From: Somniosus microcephalus
Lineage: Eukaryota
Direction of reading: 5' to 3'
NCBI GenBank assembly: GCA_052327205.1
Contig: CM126225.1
Span: forward strand, 23,994,001-24,058,000
Length of the DNA: 64,000 nucleotides
In this document: one piece after another, positions 21,985-36,139 of the stretch
Layout of the letters: every line of letters starts with the position of its first letter
Position numbering within the stretch: position 1 is the stretch's first letter
The notes under the pieces: generated by a model
Databases searched by the model: none
Told to the model about the DNA's origin: nothing
Seen by the model: the letters and a program-made list of their open reading frames with translations, nothing else
Program-made: the position numbers and the translations under genes

Positions 21985-24928
21985 GACCCACAGCAATGTG
22001 GTTGACTCTTAACTGCCCTCTGAAATGGCCGAGCAAGCCACTCAGTTGTAACAAACCGCTAGAGAAAATAACAATAATAAGAACAAAACTGGACGGACCA
22101 CCCGGCATCGACCTCATCACTGATTTCGGACATGACAACGGCACACCCAGCCCAGTCGACCCTGCAAAATCCTCCTCACTAACATCTGGGCACTTGTGTC
22201 AAAATTTGGAGAGCTGTCACACAGACTAATCAAGCAACAGCCTGACACAGTCATACAGAATCATACCTTTCAGCCAATGTCTCAAATTCCTCCATCACCA
22301 TCCTGGGTATGTCCCGTCCCATCGGCAGGACAGACCCACCAGAGGTGGTGGCACAGTGGTATACAGTCAGGAGGGAGTGGCCCTGGGAGTCCTCAAAATT
22401 GACTCTGGATACCATGTTGAACACCACTAGAAGAAGCACTGAGGGTAGCAAGGGCACAGAATGTACTCTGGGTGGGGTACTTCAATGTCCATCACCAAGA
22501 GTGTCTCGGTAGCACCACTACTGACCGAGCTGGCCGAGTCCTGAAGGACATAGCTACCAGACTGGGCCTGCTGCAGCTGGTGAGAGAACCAACAGTAGGG
22601 AAAAACCTACTTGACCTTCTCCTCACCAATCTACCTGTCGCAGATGTATCTATCTATGACAGCATTGGTAGCAGTGACCACCGCACAGTCCTTGCGCAGA
22701 CGAAGACCCATCTTCACACTGAGGACACCCTCCATCGTGTTGTGTGGCATTACCACCATGCTAAATGGGATAGATTCAGAACAGATCTAGCAGCTCAACA
22801 CTGGGCATCCATGAGGCACTGTGGGCCATCAGCAGCAGCAGAATTTTACTCCACCACAATCTGTAACCTCATGGTCCGGCATATCCTTCACGCTACCATT
22901 ATCATCAAGCCAGGGGACCAACCCTGGTTCAATGAGGAGTGTAGAAGAGCATGCCAGGAGCAGCACCAGGCGTACCTAAACATGAGGTGCCAACCTTGGG
23001 AAGCTGCAACACAGGACTACATGCATGCTAAACAGCAGAAGCAGCATGCTATAGATAGGGCTAAGCGATCCCACAATCAACAGATCAGATCAAAGCTCTG
23101 CAGTCCTATCACATACAGTCATGAATGGTGGTGGACCATTAAACAACTAACGGGAGGAGGAGGCTCCATGAATATCCCCATCCTCAATGAAGGCGGAGCC
23201 CAGCACGTGAGTGCAAAAGACAAGGCTGAAGTGTTTGCAATCATCTTCAGCCAGAAGTGCCGAGAGGTGATCCATATCGGCCTCCTCCTGAGGTCCCCAC
23301 CATCACAGAAGCCAGTCTTCAGCCAAGTCGATTCACTCCACGTGATATCAAGAAACGGCTGAGCGCACTGGATACAGCAAAGGCTATGGGCCCTCACAAC
23401 ATCACAGCTGTCATGCTGAAGAATTGTGCTCCAGAACTAGCCGTGCCTCTAGCCAAGCTGTTCTAGTACAGCTACAACACTGGCATCTACCCGACAATGT
23501 GGAAAACTGCCCGGGTATGTCCTATCCACAAAAAGCAGGACAAATCCAACCTGGCCAATTACCGCCCCATCACTCTACTCTCAATCATCAGCAAAGTGAT
23601 GGAAGGTGTCATCGACAGTGCTATCAAGCGGCACTTACCAATAACCTGCTCACCGGTGCCCAATTTAGGTTCCGCCAGGACGACTTGGCTCCAGACTTTA
23701 TTGCAGCCTTGGTCCAAACATGGACAAAAGAGCTGAATTCCAGAGGTGAGGTGAGAGTGACTGCCCTTGGCATCAAGGCAGCATTTAACCGAGTGTGGCA
23801 TCAAGTAGCCCTAGTAAAATTGAAGTCAATGGGAATCGAGGGGAAAACTCTCCACTGGCTGGAGTCATACCCAGCACAAAGGAAGATGGTTTTGGTTGTA
23901 TGGAGGTCCAGCATCATGCCCAGGGCATCACTGCAGTAGTTCTTCAGGGCAGTGTCCTCGGCCGAACCATCTACCGCTACTTCATCAATGACCTTCCCTC
24001 CATCATAAAGTCAGAAGTGGTGATGTTCACTGATGATTGCACAGTGTTCCGTTTCATTTGCAACTCCTCAGATAATGAAGCAGTTCTTGCCCGAATGCAG
24101 CAAAACCTGGACGACATTTAGGCTTGGGCTGATAAGTGGCAAGTAACATTTGCACCACACAAGTGCCAGGCAATGTCTATCTCCAACAAGAGAGTGTCCA
24201 ACCACTGCCCCTTGATATTCAACAGCATTATCATTGCTGAATCCCCCACCATCAACATCCTGGGGGTCATCATTGACCAGAAACTTAACTGGACCAGCCA
24301 CATAAATACTGTGGCTACAAGAGCAGGTCAGAGGCTGGGTATTCTGTGGTAAGTGTCTCACCTCCTGACTCCCCAAAGCCTTTCCACCATCTACAAGGCA
24401 CAAGTCAGGAGTGTGATGGAATACTCTCCACTTGCCTGGATGAATGCAGCTCCAACAACACTCAAGAGGCTTGACACCATCCAGGACAAAGCAGCCCACT
24501 TGATTGGCACCCCATCGACCACCTTAAACATTCACTCCCTCCACCACCGGCGTACCATGGCTGCAGTGTGTACCATCTACAAGATGCACTGCAGCAACTT
24601 GCCAAGGCTTCTTCGGCAGCACCTCCCAAACCCATGACCTCTATCACCTAAAAGGACAAGGGCAGCAGGCGCATGGGAATATTATCTCCTGAAAGTTCCC
24701 TTCCAAGTTACACAACATCCTGATTTGGAAATATATCGCTGTTCCTTCATCGCCGCTGGGTAAAAATCCTAGAACTCCCTCCCTAACAGCACTCTGGGCG
24801 TACATTCACCACATGGACTGCAGTGGTTCAAGAAGGCGGCTCACCACCACCTTCTCAAGGGCAATTAGGGATGGGCAATAAATGCTGGCCTTGCCAGTGA
24901 TGCCCCCATCCCAGGAACGAAAAAAAAA
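21985..24928 (+). mobile_element. Near full-length CR1-group LINE (APE endonuclease + RT), disrupted
   Basis: GYFNVHH, LLDLLLTN, SSDH (APE); NYRPITLLS, QGSVLG, MFTDD (RT); AATAAA and A-rich tail; multiple stops and frameshifts. Confidence 0.9.
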
Positions 24929-25559
24929 TCATTTTGCCAAAACCAGAAGACAGACAGTTTTTGAAATCTTTATGAAATGGTTCTGTAGTCTCATGGAATC
25001 CCCCCCACCCCCGAGGCTGGAAATTCCCCATCCTAAGATATGTTAATTAACCTGATCCCAGGATTTTCAATGGGGTCAGGGTCATTCACATTGTGCACCT
25101 GGAAGTGCAACTCCGCAGCAAATCTGTATCCCCGGGAATTTTAGGGCCATGGTCTGTACGGTTACAAAGTCCAACTGAATCCATGGCTGTGCACTCAGTC
25201 AATACTAAATTTGCAGTCGCTGGAATGGTCACCTTTCGATTCGGCACTTAAGCCAGTTTGAAATGGTGACTTGCAGTCTGGAATGCATGTGCCTAAAAAC
25301 AATACGAATTGCACTTACACGTCACTGTAATACAGCTTGGAATCTGTATTAGTGAGTGCGTCTTAAACCGTACATCTTACATGTTGTAGTGAGGGGCTGG
25401 GCGGGGGGAGGGGGTGTGGGGGGGTAGGTGGTGGCGAAGCGGTGGGGTGACGGAAGGTATATAAATACAAGTTGTTGTTGTCAACTCGATGCGAGTCCAT
25501 CAACTGCATAGTGACTCTCTGGGTTTTGTACAAAGTGTGAATGTAAGAAAACTCAATGG

Positions 25560-25792
25560 GCCAGAGTTTACTCAGAGACTGGTTGGAATGTGGAACTTGT
25601 GGTTGAGGCAAAGAGCTTAGATACTTTCAAAAGGAAACTAGACGAGTACATGAGAGAAAAGGGAATAGAAATATATGATGAAAGGTTGAGATGAAGTAGA
25701 TGGAATGGGAGGAGACTCGTGTGGAGTATAAGCACCAATACAGACTAGTTGGGCCGACTGGCCTCTTTCTGTGCTGTATATTCTATGTAATA
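25560..25792 (+). mobile_element. CR1 3' fragment
   Basis: tttactcagag...gaatgtggaac...ctgtgctgtatattctatg; same family as 10868-11165. Confidence 0.65.
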
Positions 25793-25796
25793 TACT

Positions 25797-26496
25797 GTAG
25801 CTGGCGAATGCCCTTGCCCGTCTCATTTCTATGAGCTTTTGCACAGCAAGTTGCTGTAAGTGGGAGAGGGAAACAGTGCGGCGCCCTCTACAGGGCATCT
25901 GGGACCTGTGTGAACAGGGCTAGCAACTGTGCAGCTCCTTAACCAATCAGATTGAAGGATTGCTAATGAGCAGTGCAGAGTCTGAACCAGGAAGTGTAAG
26001 TTGGATTAGTGAATTCAATGTCAAATCAGGTACAGAAAGCAAAATAAAGTGAGGGGAAGAAAGATTGGATTGAGAGAGAGTAAAAAGAGATAGAAAGGAA
26101 AAGTAAAAACATAATTTCATTTTTTTCAAATCTCCAACAATTAAAAGCTGAAGGAATGAGATTCCACACTTATAAAAGTAAATTTTCAGTGCCAGAGAGG
26201 TTATTTTGCAGTAATTAAGACTTACCACACTGTTAAAAAGGGTACTTAGACTGAATTGGACAAGTCCTAACTTTCTGTGGATAGTTTAGCCATTCAACCC
26301 ATTTCAATGGTGAGGCAGACAGCGAGATGTCGTATTTGGGAAGCTAACAGTCGAGCGGCGCGTCTCGGACAGCAACTTTTGGATTTTCATGTTTAACCGT
26401 ACATCTGCCCCTCGCCTGAAGTTGCTGTGCGATTTGCGCATAAATATTGGTGAGCGCCATTAACCTAGCCATTATTTTGACAGTAAATTCTGGCCC
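25797..26496 (-). mobile_element. MITE-like repeat family A, inverted copy
   Basis: Reverse-complement homology to 5632-6329; ends AAATTCTGGCCC. Confidence 0.65.
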
Positions 26497-26699
26497 AATG
26501 TCAACTATTTCTCTCCAGCCTGACCTGGGACATCACCGTATTGAAGTGCCTGCAACAACCAGTTGGTGTGTGACTTGGTAACTGTGCAGTAATAATAGGC
26601 TGCACAGAAAGGATACTGGGATAAAATGACATTAACTATCAATATATGCAGTGCTCCTTCAAATTTAGAATGCAATTTAGGTATAATAGAAAGATGGAA

Positions 26700-27490
26700 A
26701 ATCTCAAGGCTGGAAAAGGCCGCAGGTCCACCCTCCTGTTGTCCTAACAGTTGTATCTAACGGTGCATTTTTGTACAAGATACTTGTACAATTTAATCTT
26801 AAGTAGATCTAAGCTACTTGCCTGACAACCTTCCAGGTAGCTATTCCAGCATACAATTGCCCTCACAATGAAATTATGCTTTCTTACATCCTCCCATAAT
26901 CTATCCCTTTTTAGCTCATTCTTGTGTCCTCTTTCTCTGCTATCCTGTACTAAGTCCAATATCCTTGATTGATCCTCTAAATCCTTCAGCCATATTAATT
27001 TGAATATTCCTCCCCATACTTCTCTCCAACAAGGCTACAGGTTCGGTGATGTAATTCTCATGTTTTATTCTCTAGTCTCCTAATCATTAACCCAGCTCTG
27101 CTCTGCATTTTTTTCAGTTCAGCTCCATCCTTTCTATAATGAGGTTTCCAGGTACTGTCTGACCAACATTCTATACAGTGGCAGGATAACCTCTTTTCAT
27201 TTGCACTTTATTCTGCTCTTAAACAGCCAGATATTCCATTTGCTTTCCTGATGGCAGTCAAATGTAGGCTCAATGTAACAAGGGATTTATCTATCATCCC
27301 TTCTAGATCCTCTTCTTGATTCATCTTTGTCAGTATTTTCCCATCAATCCTATAATCCCTCTGCTAATTTTGTTTCCCTAAGTTCATGACTTTACACTTA
27401 CATCTGCCAATGGTCTGCCCAACTCCCCAGTCTAAGTGCCCCACTGTAGTAATCACCCCCTGCTATTTTGGTGTCATTCGCAAACTTTGA
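26700..27490 (-). mobile_element. Old degraded CR1 fragment
   Basis: Residual RERGHK..L, WNS and tttgcgaatgacaccaaaat (FADDTK-like) motifs. Confidence 0.55.
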
Positions 27491-27584
27491 GTGAAAATAT
27501 GTGATCATACACCAAATATATAGAACATATTATGGATAGAATTGTCCTTTTTCCAGTGATAGTTATAACAATACATTATCAAGG

Positions 27585-27960
27585 CTCCTCAATGGCTCAG
27601 TGGGTTTATCCAGTGTGTATCTGAGCAAAACAGTCCAGAAAGATCCCAGATTCGATCCCTAATCTCTGGTGAATCAGCTGATCTTTGCTGGGTTGGTGGT
27701 AGGGGCACTACAATTGGCCTCAGTGTCCCTGGGCTGTAGAGGTGGAAAAGTCAGCCAATTTTCCCGTTGCTGATCAGTATCCAGTGACCCTTACTACAAG
27801 TGTGTGTGCTACAGGCTTGGCTGTGATACCCTGACAGTGAATAGCTTGCTCAATGAGTAACAGTCACTCGGGTGAGGAACAGGAAAACAACTGCCACTCA
27901 GAGAACTGCGCCCCAGCAAGAGTGAGCACCCTTCAGGAGAGGTGAGAATATTGCAAAGGA
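27585..27960 (+). mobile_element. tRNA-derived SINE (LF-SINE-like)
   Basis: TGGCTCAGTGG A-box, ATTCGATCCC B-box, body ctacaattggcctcagtgtccctgggct; related inverted remnants ~39270-40075. Confidence 0.55.
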
Positions 27961-28300
27961 ACAAAAACATCTATATTAAACTCAGGGATTGGGAAGACGG
28001 GTAAGAAGGTGCTCCTGGTAGCCCCGCAACACCGCCACCCCCCACCCCCATTTCCTCCTTTGTTTGGTGTTGGTACTGTTAGCAAGGATAATAAAGTTTT
28101 ATCCTCACAAAACTTTGGAGGCAGTCAGGTCCTAGGTACTAGTCGCCCAGTCAATGGAAATTCTAGGACATGTTTTTGAAGAAGCCATAATGAAACCGCT
28201 GACTTATCTGCTTGCCAAAGTGCTTCTGCACGGAGCTAAGTGGTGGTAAAAGGGATTATATTAATAAGCAGAAGATATACATTAGGATTATGAATTATAT

Positions 28301-31300
28301 TTTATTCAAATTTGCTACAAAGCTTCTGCTGACCTTTCCACTCAAACTAAGGGCTTCTGCAGTGCAGATAAAGCACAAAACCCAGATCAATCAAGTTTTA
28401 TCATTTTATATTAGACTCCAACACAAATTACAATATACAGAGTTGCAACAGAGAAAAAAACGGTATTAATGAATAAACATGCTATCATCACCCACAGCTA
28501 CAGCAATGCTTATTTTTCACAAAAATTGTACAATACAGTCAAGTGTTAAATGCTTTAGCATCGTTAGTAGTGAATATGAATTTTAACAATGGAAGCCCAA
28601 ATATATGTACAGCACATGGAATGGAGAGCAACAGATTAAAGAGCTAAAACAATGTGAGACAGAATGTTTGAACTTATTGTAGTGATAGAAGGATGTACCT
28701 TCAACAATATTGCAATTTGGGGAAGAAAAAAGAGCCTCTTTTCAAAAACTCAAAAATATAAAGCAGAACAGTATTTTTTTTTAAAGAAAAACAGGAAACC
28801 GAAATTGATCTGGTTTCCAGGATTTAATTCAAATCCGCAGACCTGAGCTGCTGAATGTACACTGCATGACTAAGACAGTACATGAAAACACGCACCGTCA
28901 ACACTGTGAGTGCCTTTTGTAAGGACTCCTCTGATGCTTTGCAACAGCGATTTGTAAGCCTGATAGTGCTGGAGCCAGAGGATCAATTCAAGAAAGGTCT
29001 CTCTTAATGTAAGTATGCCGCTACAATTAGAAAAAATGTCCCGATGTTAACAGGGAAAGTGAACGCTCTTCAGTTGTGAGTGCATTTTCCAGTGACCCCT
29101 CTGCTCATTGAGAGCATTGTTTGATATTAGAAATGTTATGACAGAAGGCCTTTTAGAACTGCATATTCATAGCTTTCGCAGGGATTATTACAATTCAAAC
29201 AGCCAGTGAACTTCTGAGGTTTAATTACAAGCAGGACTAGTAAAAAGATAATTTACAATTTTTATCAAAGGGGTTAAACAATTCAAGCCTTTCAGAACGC
29301 AAGCCCTGTCCCCGTCAGACAGCAATACAGGCTTCTGTGGAGGCCTTTAAAAAGGCACTAGGGGGAGAAAGGATAACATTTGGGGCTGCTCGGTGTATTT
29401 CGATGTCTGCAGTGCTCAGTGAAAGGCTGGAATCAGAGACTGGGGACTGGATGCAGCATTGAAAGCACTATCAGGAAAAATACTGCAGCTGAACAATTTC
29501 TCTCATCGTTATGTGTTAGCGACAGCGTGACCGGCTTACCATTTCTAGAGAAATCAAAAAACAGGCTTGCATTTCCACGAATATTGACCACAGGAAATCC
29601 TCCCACTTATGTTTACGATGTCATTAACACACATCAATCAGATGCTCACGGTATTTTCGAAGTTAAAACATTTTTGCACATCAAAAGTCGTCACAAGAAG
29701 TACATTTATTTTGTCATCGCCTTACTTGACCACCGCTTCAAGTGAAGATCACAAGATAAATTCAGACAATTCACCAACCCATTTGATCTCCTTTACGAGT
29801 AACCGAGGTCAGGACGGCACCGAATTAATTAGCATGCTCAAGTGTTCACAAGATACAAACTTGCATTTGGAGACTGAGCTGCTCTTTCGAAGAATAAACA
29901 CTGAAAAGATCCAGGGGACACGGGGCTATGCTGAATGACCAGCACAGCGTAAGATTTCCCCACAACAGCAATGGATATTTAAGGTACTTCCTTATTCCAG
30001 AAATTCACACTGTAAAGCAACTCATGAAATAAAGTTTCCACAGACACATAAAATTCAGTACAACCAGCTTAAACAAATGCACATCAAACGACAGAGTCAA
30101 AAAGAGTATCTGCACATTTGCAATTTTGCTGTAAAATGCAAATTTACACACGCAAAGAAATTGCAGGCCAGCTGCAAATTGTGATTTGCTAAATTGCAAG
30201 TTATTATAGTTTGCAGACAAACATTGTATAGGCCACACCACCGTGATGTGTAGGGTTATTTTACTGCTGGGTCCAATGCCATTTCATTATTATTCATCAT
30301 TTCTTTAAATGTATGCTTCAAGTGTTTGGTGCTGCATTAATGAATTCTAGCATTTGATGTTGTGGACTTTTACTTTTCGGTTACTACTGATATTTCCGCT
30401 TCCAGTAAAACAAAGCAAGTTACATTTCATCAGACACCCACTAAGTAAGGAATATATCAAATGGCAGGCTGACTAAAGGGTTAATCCTTTGAGTACTACC
30501 ATTTCTCATGCAGATTTGGAAATAGACACAAGTAGTGATACAGTATATATGTATACACAAAGCAGGTTTTTTTTATCATAGACTTTGATGATTAATATTA
30601 AGAAGCTCTGGAAATATACATGTCTTCATTGATAATACGTTTCAAATACACTGAATTATAAATGCTATAGATCTCAAAGGGTTAAGCTCCGGGAAGCAAT
30701 ATAATCTTAGTAATTTTGATGCTTTATACTGTAAATAATCACCCAAACTGTAAAGGAGTCAAACCTAAATACTCAAGCCAGCCTTCATTTCTTATAAACT
30801 GAATTGACAAATATGAAGAGAGTATCTGAGCAGTCAGTTAGCTGGCCAACAAGTGGAAGCTTTTGGAAACAGTGCAGTCACCATGAACCTGGCAGCACAA
30901 TGCTTGAGCCACGGAGAAAGACGAAACCTTCCGACGTTTGCAAATTTCTTTTTGTGCAAATGCGTTGGATGCTACAGAAGTGTACCATTCCCCTTTCAAT
31001 ACGCCCGCGGTATATTGTGCTGCAGGTGCACATTATGTGAGATAAGAAATCAGTGCTCTGCAGCATTACATTTCCATAAACAATCCATTAAATTGCTAAA
31101 TCATTTCAAGCCTTTTTGATGGGACTGCGACTACTTACAAAATGTTTAAAGCAAAATCTAGTGAGTGTAAGACTATCATCACTTTGGCACTTCTTGTAGC
31201 ACCTTCTCTAACACAGTTAACACACAAACATTTTGTTAATTAAAGAAAAAGGTTTGATGAGCTTTAACTTATTGTTGCTTACATTTGAATTGCTTTTTCA

Positions 31301-31605
31301 ATCTTTTATTTATTTAAATCTCGCCTCCCCCCTGCCAGTTAGGAAAGCTGTTAAAAGAACTTCAGTGCTGGTATGCCCATGTGTGCTAGTTGGTAAAAGG
31401 TCTTGCTCTCCCAGAGCTGATGTGTGTGATCTGGATTCTTTCCATATTTCCACAGTAATCCAGCACAGAAGCTCCGTTAGACATATTTGGCAGCGTGAAG
31501 TCCTTCCACCAAGACTTCTATCCGTGGCCAATGGAACAGTGAATCGCAAGCCTTCCTGCTATACTACCAGGTCCCTTTTGCTGGAAAAGCTTCTAAAGTA
31601 ATTGT
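28301..31605 (-). other. Candidate distal terminal exon with long 3' UTR (codes only ..RQLL*)
   Basis: Acceptor tttttgcacctttgctAG (31606-31607); ~3.3 kb TE-free AT-rich tract; AATAAA at 28301-28306; TGTACATA Pumilio-type element ~28604-28611. Confidence 0.4.
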
Positions 31606-32439
31606 CTAGCAAAGGTGCAAAAACCATTCGAAAATCAGCTTTTTCATCCGGTTGCTCAGTAACGAATTAATTATTAAAGAAACATAAAGTACTTTTTGTT
31701 TTGCCAGGTTAAAAAAAGGTTTTAATTATTGATCAAATTTTATTAACCGTTAACAACTGTAAATTGCAACAATGAAGCAAAATTAGATTTGTAGTAATTA
31801 ATATCTTTCACAAGGCTAAACGAATAGGAATGTTCTGGGGTTTTGGACAGTTAAAATGAATGATAAGGAAATAAAGTGCATTACCTCTAAATCCAGATTC
31901 TTAAAGAGGCCTCATCGTTATTGAAAAGTGGCAAACCTTTTCTCTTTATTTGCCAAACTCGCAATTTAGTGGTGTGATTCAAGGCAAATACATCACTGTA
32001 TTGTGAAAATATTATCGTATTGCTTGTGTGTGATATCCTCCTCCCCAGAAATGGCAGAAATTCCACTTTAAAATGAAGCCCATTTCAGCCATTTTGCATT
32101 TACTTTTACGATTAGAACACTTAACATCCCAGAGTACGATATGGTGATAATACGGCGATCATCCATAACTGACTATGTCTGTGCATTAAAGAACCAAACT
32201 ATACCCTGCTTGGGTTAAATAGGTCGAAATCAGGAACATGTTGCTCATGAAAACAGTTGCACTAAGCAAAATATTTTCCGCACCTACATTTAAAGGAAAT
32301 TACATTGTCATTGAGAAAACCTTTGTGCGTTCTAGAATGAACAATCTCCTTCAATTTCCAGATTATACATAATCATGTCTGTAGGTTATATATCTCAGCT
32401 GTAGGTTACTTTACTTGAAAACCACAAGATCTTGATAAC

Positions 32440-35400
32440 ATAAAGAGTGCTTTCCACACAATTGAAATAGGGAATGCCTAGGAATGAGTTTAATGGTTTA
32501 TGAAATAATGCCTACTGATAAATGCATATCCAAGCTCAACAAGTATAGACTCAGAAAACATGACCTCAAATGGATGGACAAGACAAGCAGAAGTGAAATA
32601 GTCAAGAAAAATGAACTTCTCAAAGAGAGTACAGGGGAATGGGAAGGGATCACTGGGAAGATTACAAGGAATTTCAGAGGCATGTCAAAGGGGTAATCAG
32701 AGAGGAAAAAGGAGAATTGGAAATGATTGTCACTGCAGATAGTAAACACAACAGACAGAAATCCTTCTGGCACTGTAACTATATGAGGACAGCACAGGAG
32801 GGAAGAAGTGAAAACCCTTTAAAAAATGCTATGGGAATTGAAACTGAAAAATAGTGCAGAATAGTCAATATACTCAATGAGTATTTTCTTGACGTGTTCA
32901 CAAGAGAAGACTACAGTAACATGTACTGCATTAATTGAAATAATCCATGCCCATTTATGTGAGCGAGTGGTAAATCTATGGAACAAGCTCCCTAGGGAGA
33001 TGGTGGAAGCATATAGTGTTGATTCAAATGCAAAAATAATTATTGGGATACAGTATATGAGTAATTTGAGACATGACACATGATAAGTATAACATACTTG
33101 GAGGAACAGGTCACTTTGGATCTATGGTTCCCAAAGCTTTCCGCTACTGGGGGGGGGGGGGTTCTCGCCTCATGTCTGGGTCTGTTGTAGACTGATTGAT
33201 AGAAGTTTATTGCCATGATTAGTCAACAACTCCATTATTGTGGTATCATGCGACTACAAGGATGGTAGAAGATGAACTAGACCTGGCTTTTTTCATCTAG
33301 CAATTCCAATGTTCCTATCGGCTTTGACGTCAGAGACAAGGGATGAAATTTGTGAAATGCTGACAATCTTCATGAGGGAGTCACTACATAATGGGAGGTC
33401 CCGTTAAATTGGAAACAAGCTAATGAAGTACCCACATTCAAGAGAGGGCAACCATAGAGCCATCAATATCTGGTAAAATAATGGAATTATCAATCGAAAA
33501 CTACCTGTTGGAGAATAATCTGATAAATAACAGCTAAGGTGGCTACAGAGGGGAAAATTCTGCCTAATTAACCTCCTTGACTTTTTTTTTGCAGAAGTGC
33601 AATCCCAAGTGGATAATGACAAAGCATATGATTTGGTGTACTTAGCCTTTGAAACACTTTCTCACAAAAAGGCTGCTACTGAAATGGAAGGCAGTAGAAA
33701 TTCAAGGTGAAATCTAGATGTGGATAAAGAGTTGGCTGAAGGAAAGGCAGCAGTGAGTGCTTGTTAGGAGAGTGTAAGAATCCTGAAAAATCTCCATTTC
33801 AGATAACTAACATGGACGAAATGAAATAAGCATTATTAGTTATAGGTTTAATTTTGATTTATGTAACTGTTAGTCAATGCACGCTGATTCTTGAATAATC
33901 ATGCTTTTAAACTAGTGTAATATGCCTTGGGTAGACCCGGTTAGATTTTAAAATGGAAGAAAGAGGCATTGGGCCTGCTTGACCAAGTATTAAAAATGCT
34001 GACTTCAACAAGCCTCGTTAGCAAAGCAACAGTCAGTCTTTGAGAAAAGCTGAGAGAATTCATGGAATTTCAGAGACTGAGATAAGAGGCAGGGACCGTA
34101 AGATTGTTATGAATTACATATTAGTTGTTTCTTTTGAATACTTGTTTTAATACCTTATAACCATTAATATCTTATTAGATCAGTAATAAATCTATAATCA
34201 TGTGTAAGGATTAAATGTAGAAGTTTGTAATCATCAACTGCATGCAATGATAACCTGAATTGTGTACAACATGTAACCCTTTATCTTATGTTGGAAAGTC
34301 TGTGAGTAAGCTGGGGTGAGAAAGAGATTGCCACGGTCGAATAGACTGCAGTTAGCCTGGGAGCCAAGGTTAGGTGCAGTTACCATTTTGCTGGAGTGTT
34401 ATAACATCCACCGTGAATTATAAAAACAAAGGCCAAGAGCAAGGGGCGTATCTCAACCTATGGAGACATCTTCCTTTTGTATTGCCATAACTACCCCAGA
34501 TGCTGTAAGTGTCATAAGACTAAAAACCTGCGTAAGCCAGGGTGCTACGAATGTGGCATTTTTAAGATTGGATTTTGTGTTTGGGTGTTAGCCAGTGTTT
34601 AGTTCAGGAGGACTCCATAGGTTTTGAATGAGAGTAAGTGTATAAGAAGGGGTCTTAAGAGCCACAAAGTGTAGAAGATTTCAGGAGTAGAAGATTACAG
34701 GATGAATCAAGGAGACACCAGGGAGACGGAGAGGGAGAGACAAAAGACATAAGCAGCAGTCTACTCACGGTTGCGGCTTCTACCCAGAATATATGTGGTA
34801 ATATAAGTCTCAATTATACTCTGTAAACTGCTGCGGAAATACTGTAATGTATTATGTCTTGCTTGTGCTGAATAAAGTTAAATTGCTGTCCCCAATACGG
34901 GTCAACCTCGAATCATTTGGAGCCAGGGTCCCTCTGGGATCTTGTAAGAGTGATGTCAGGGTGGGGCAAGAAGTATTAAGTGGCGTGCTCCAAGAATACG
35001 TGCCTGGGTCCCCTACATTTCTCTCGACGTTGACTTGGATTCAGGAACCCAGTGCAAGCTGGTCAAATGTGCAGATCATACTAAACTGAGATGGAGAGGG
35101 CAGCATGCGAGTTGGAGGAAGCAGCAAGGGGCCTCAAAATAAAATCTGCACAAGGGCAAATCAGCAGCAGGTGACATTCAATACGGATAAGTGCAAAGAA
35201 GTACACGTTGGAAAGGAAAATGGAGCCCACAAATAGAAATAGCTAAAGATGAAGTAGAAAGTGATTTGGGGGTGATAATAGGTTCAACATTTAACATGTT
35301 AAATCACTGCTGTGCTGCAAAAAGCAAAGTGAACAATCTGCCAAATTATACTGCTAGGTCGCTGAATACAAGTGAGATGAGTCCTCTGGTCAGACCACAC

Positions 35401-35810
35401 CTTGTATACTTTGTTCAGTTTTGGTTACCAAGATACAAGAAAAATGTCCAAGCCAGTGAGAAGGTGCAGAGAAGAGCCAAACACCTGTCAAAGGAGTGAG
35501 CTACGACGAAACACTGGAGAAGCTGGGTTTTTTTTACTCTTAAAAGGAATTGACTGAGAGAGGAGCCCATACAAGTGTACAAGATATTAGATGGCAGAGA
35601 TAAGGTAGAGATAGAGCACTCCTTCAAGGTATGCCAGGGTACAAGAACAGAGAGGCATAGGTTAAACCGCCGAAAAGACAATTTAGAACAGATGTCAGGA
35701 AGAATTTCTTGATGCAGAGTGATCAATTCTTTGAATAGTCTCCCAGATAGGGGAGTGGGTGTAAAAACTGCAGATTCATTCAATAGACAGACGACATGAT
35801 GTGGGGAAGG
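32440..35810 (+). mobile_element. Old, fragmented CR1 LINE(s) interrupted by a solo LTR
   Basis: Residual RVVNLWNKLP, LVRPHL.Y.VQFW.P, EKVQRRA motifs; split at 33772/34947. Confidence 0.7.
33773..34946 (+). mobile_element. Solo LTR, ERV-like (1174 bp)
   Basis: Starts TGTAAGAATCC, ends GGATCTTGTA (degenerate inverted terminus), 4-bp TSD AGAG on both sides, TATAAG ~34641, AATAAA 34871-34876. Confidence 0.75.
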
Positions 35811-36139
35811 AGGCTGATGTCTCCCAGAAATAATGTGTGTGACCCAAGCTGGGAAAGTGGTACAGGCCATGAGGTGAAGGCTCTGTATCTGATTGTTGCT
35901 GAAGTGGTTGGCTAAACAATTATTCAGGGGGTTGTTCTACTGTTCTTCTGCATTAAGTTACTACTCCCTCTTGTGGTAGAGCCGAGAGTAAAGGCAAACC
36001 CACTCGACTGATGCAGGTGCACACAAATAACAAGCAGCACTCGGACCTCAGCTCACAGCCTAAGGGTAAGCAAAATACCCAATTCCTTGAGCTACTGGTC
36101 TCCTCCTCTCAGTAAACTTGATCTGAATGTGGAATCACT

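Noticed and set aside
22472-24637. Active autonomous LINE
   Set aside because: ORF2 has multiple stops and frameshifts and an altered catalytic region; no intact ORF1 seen.
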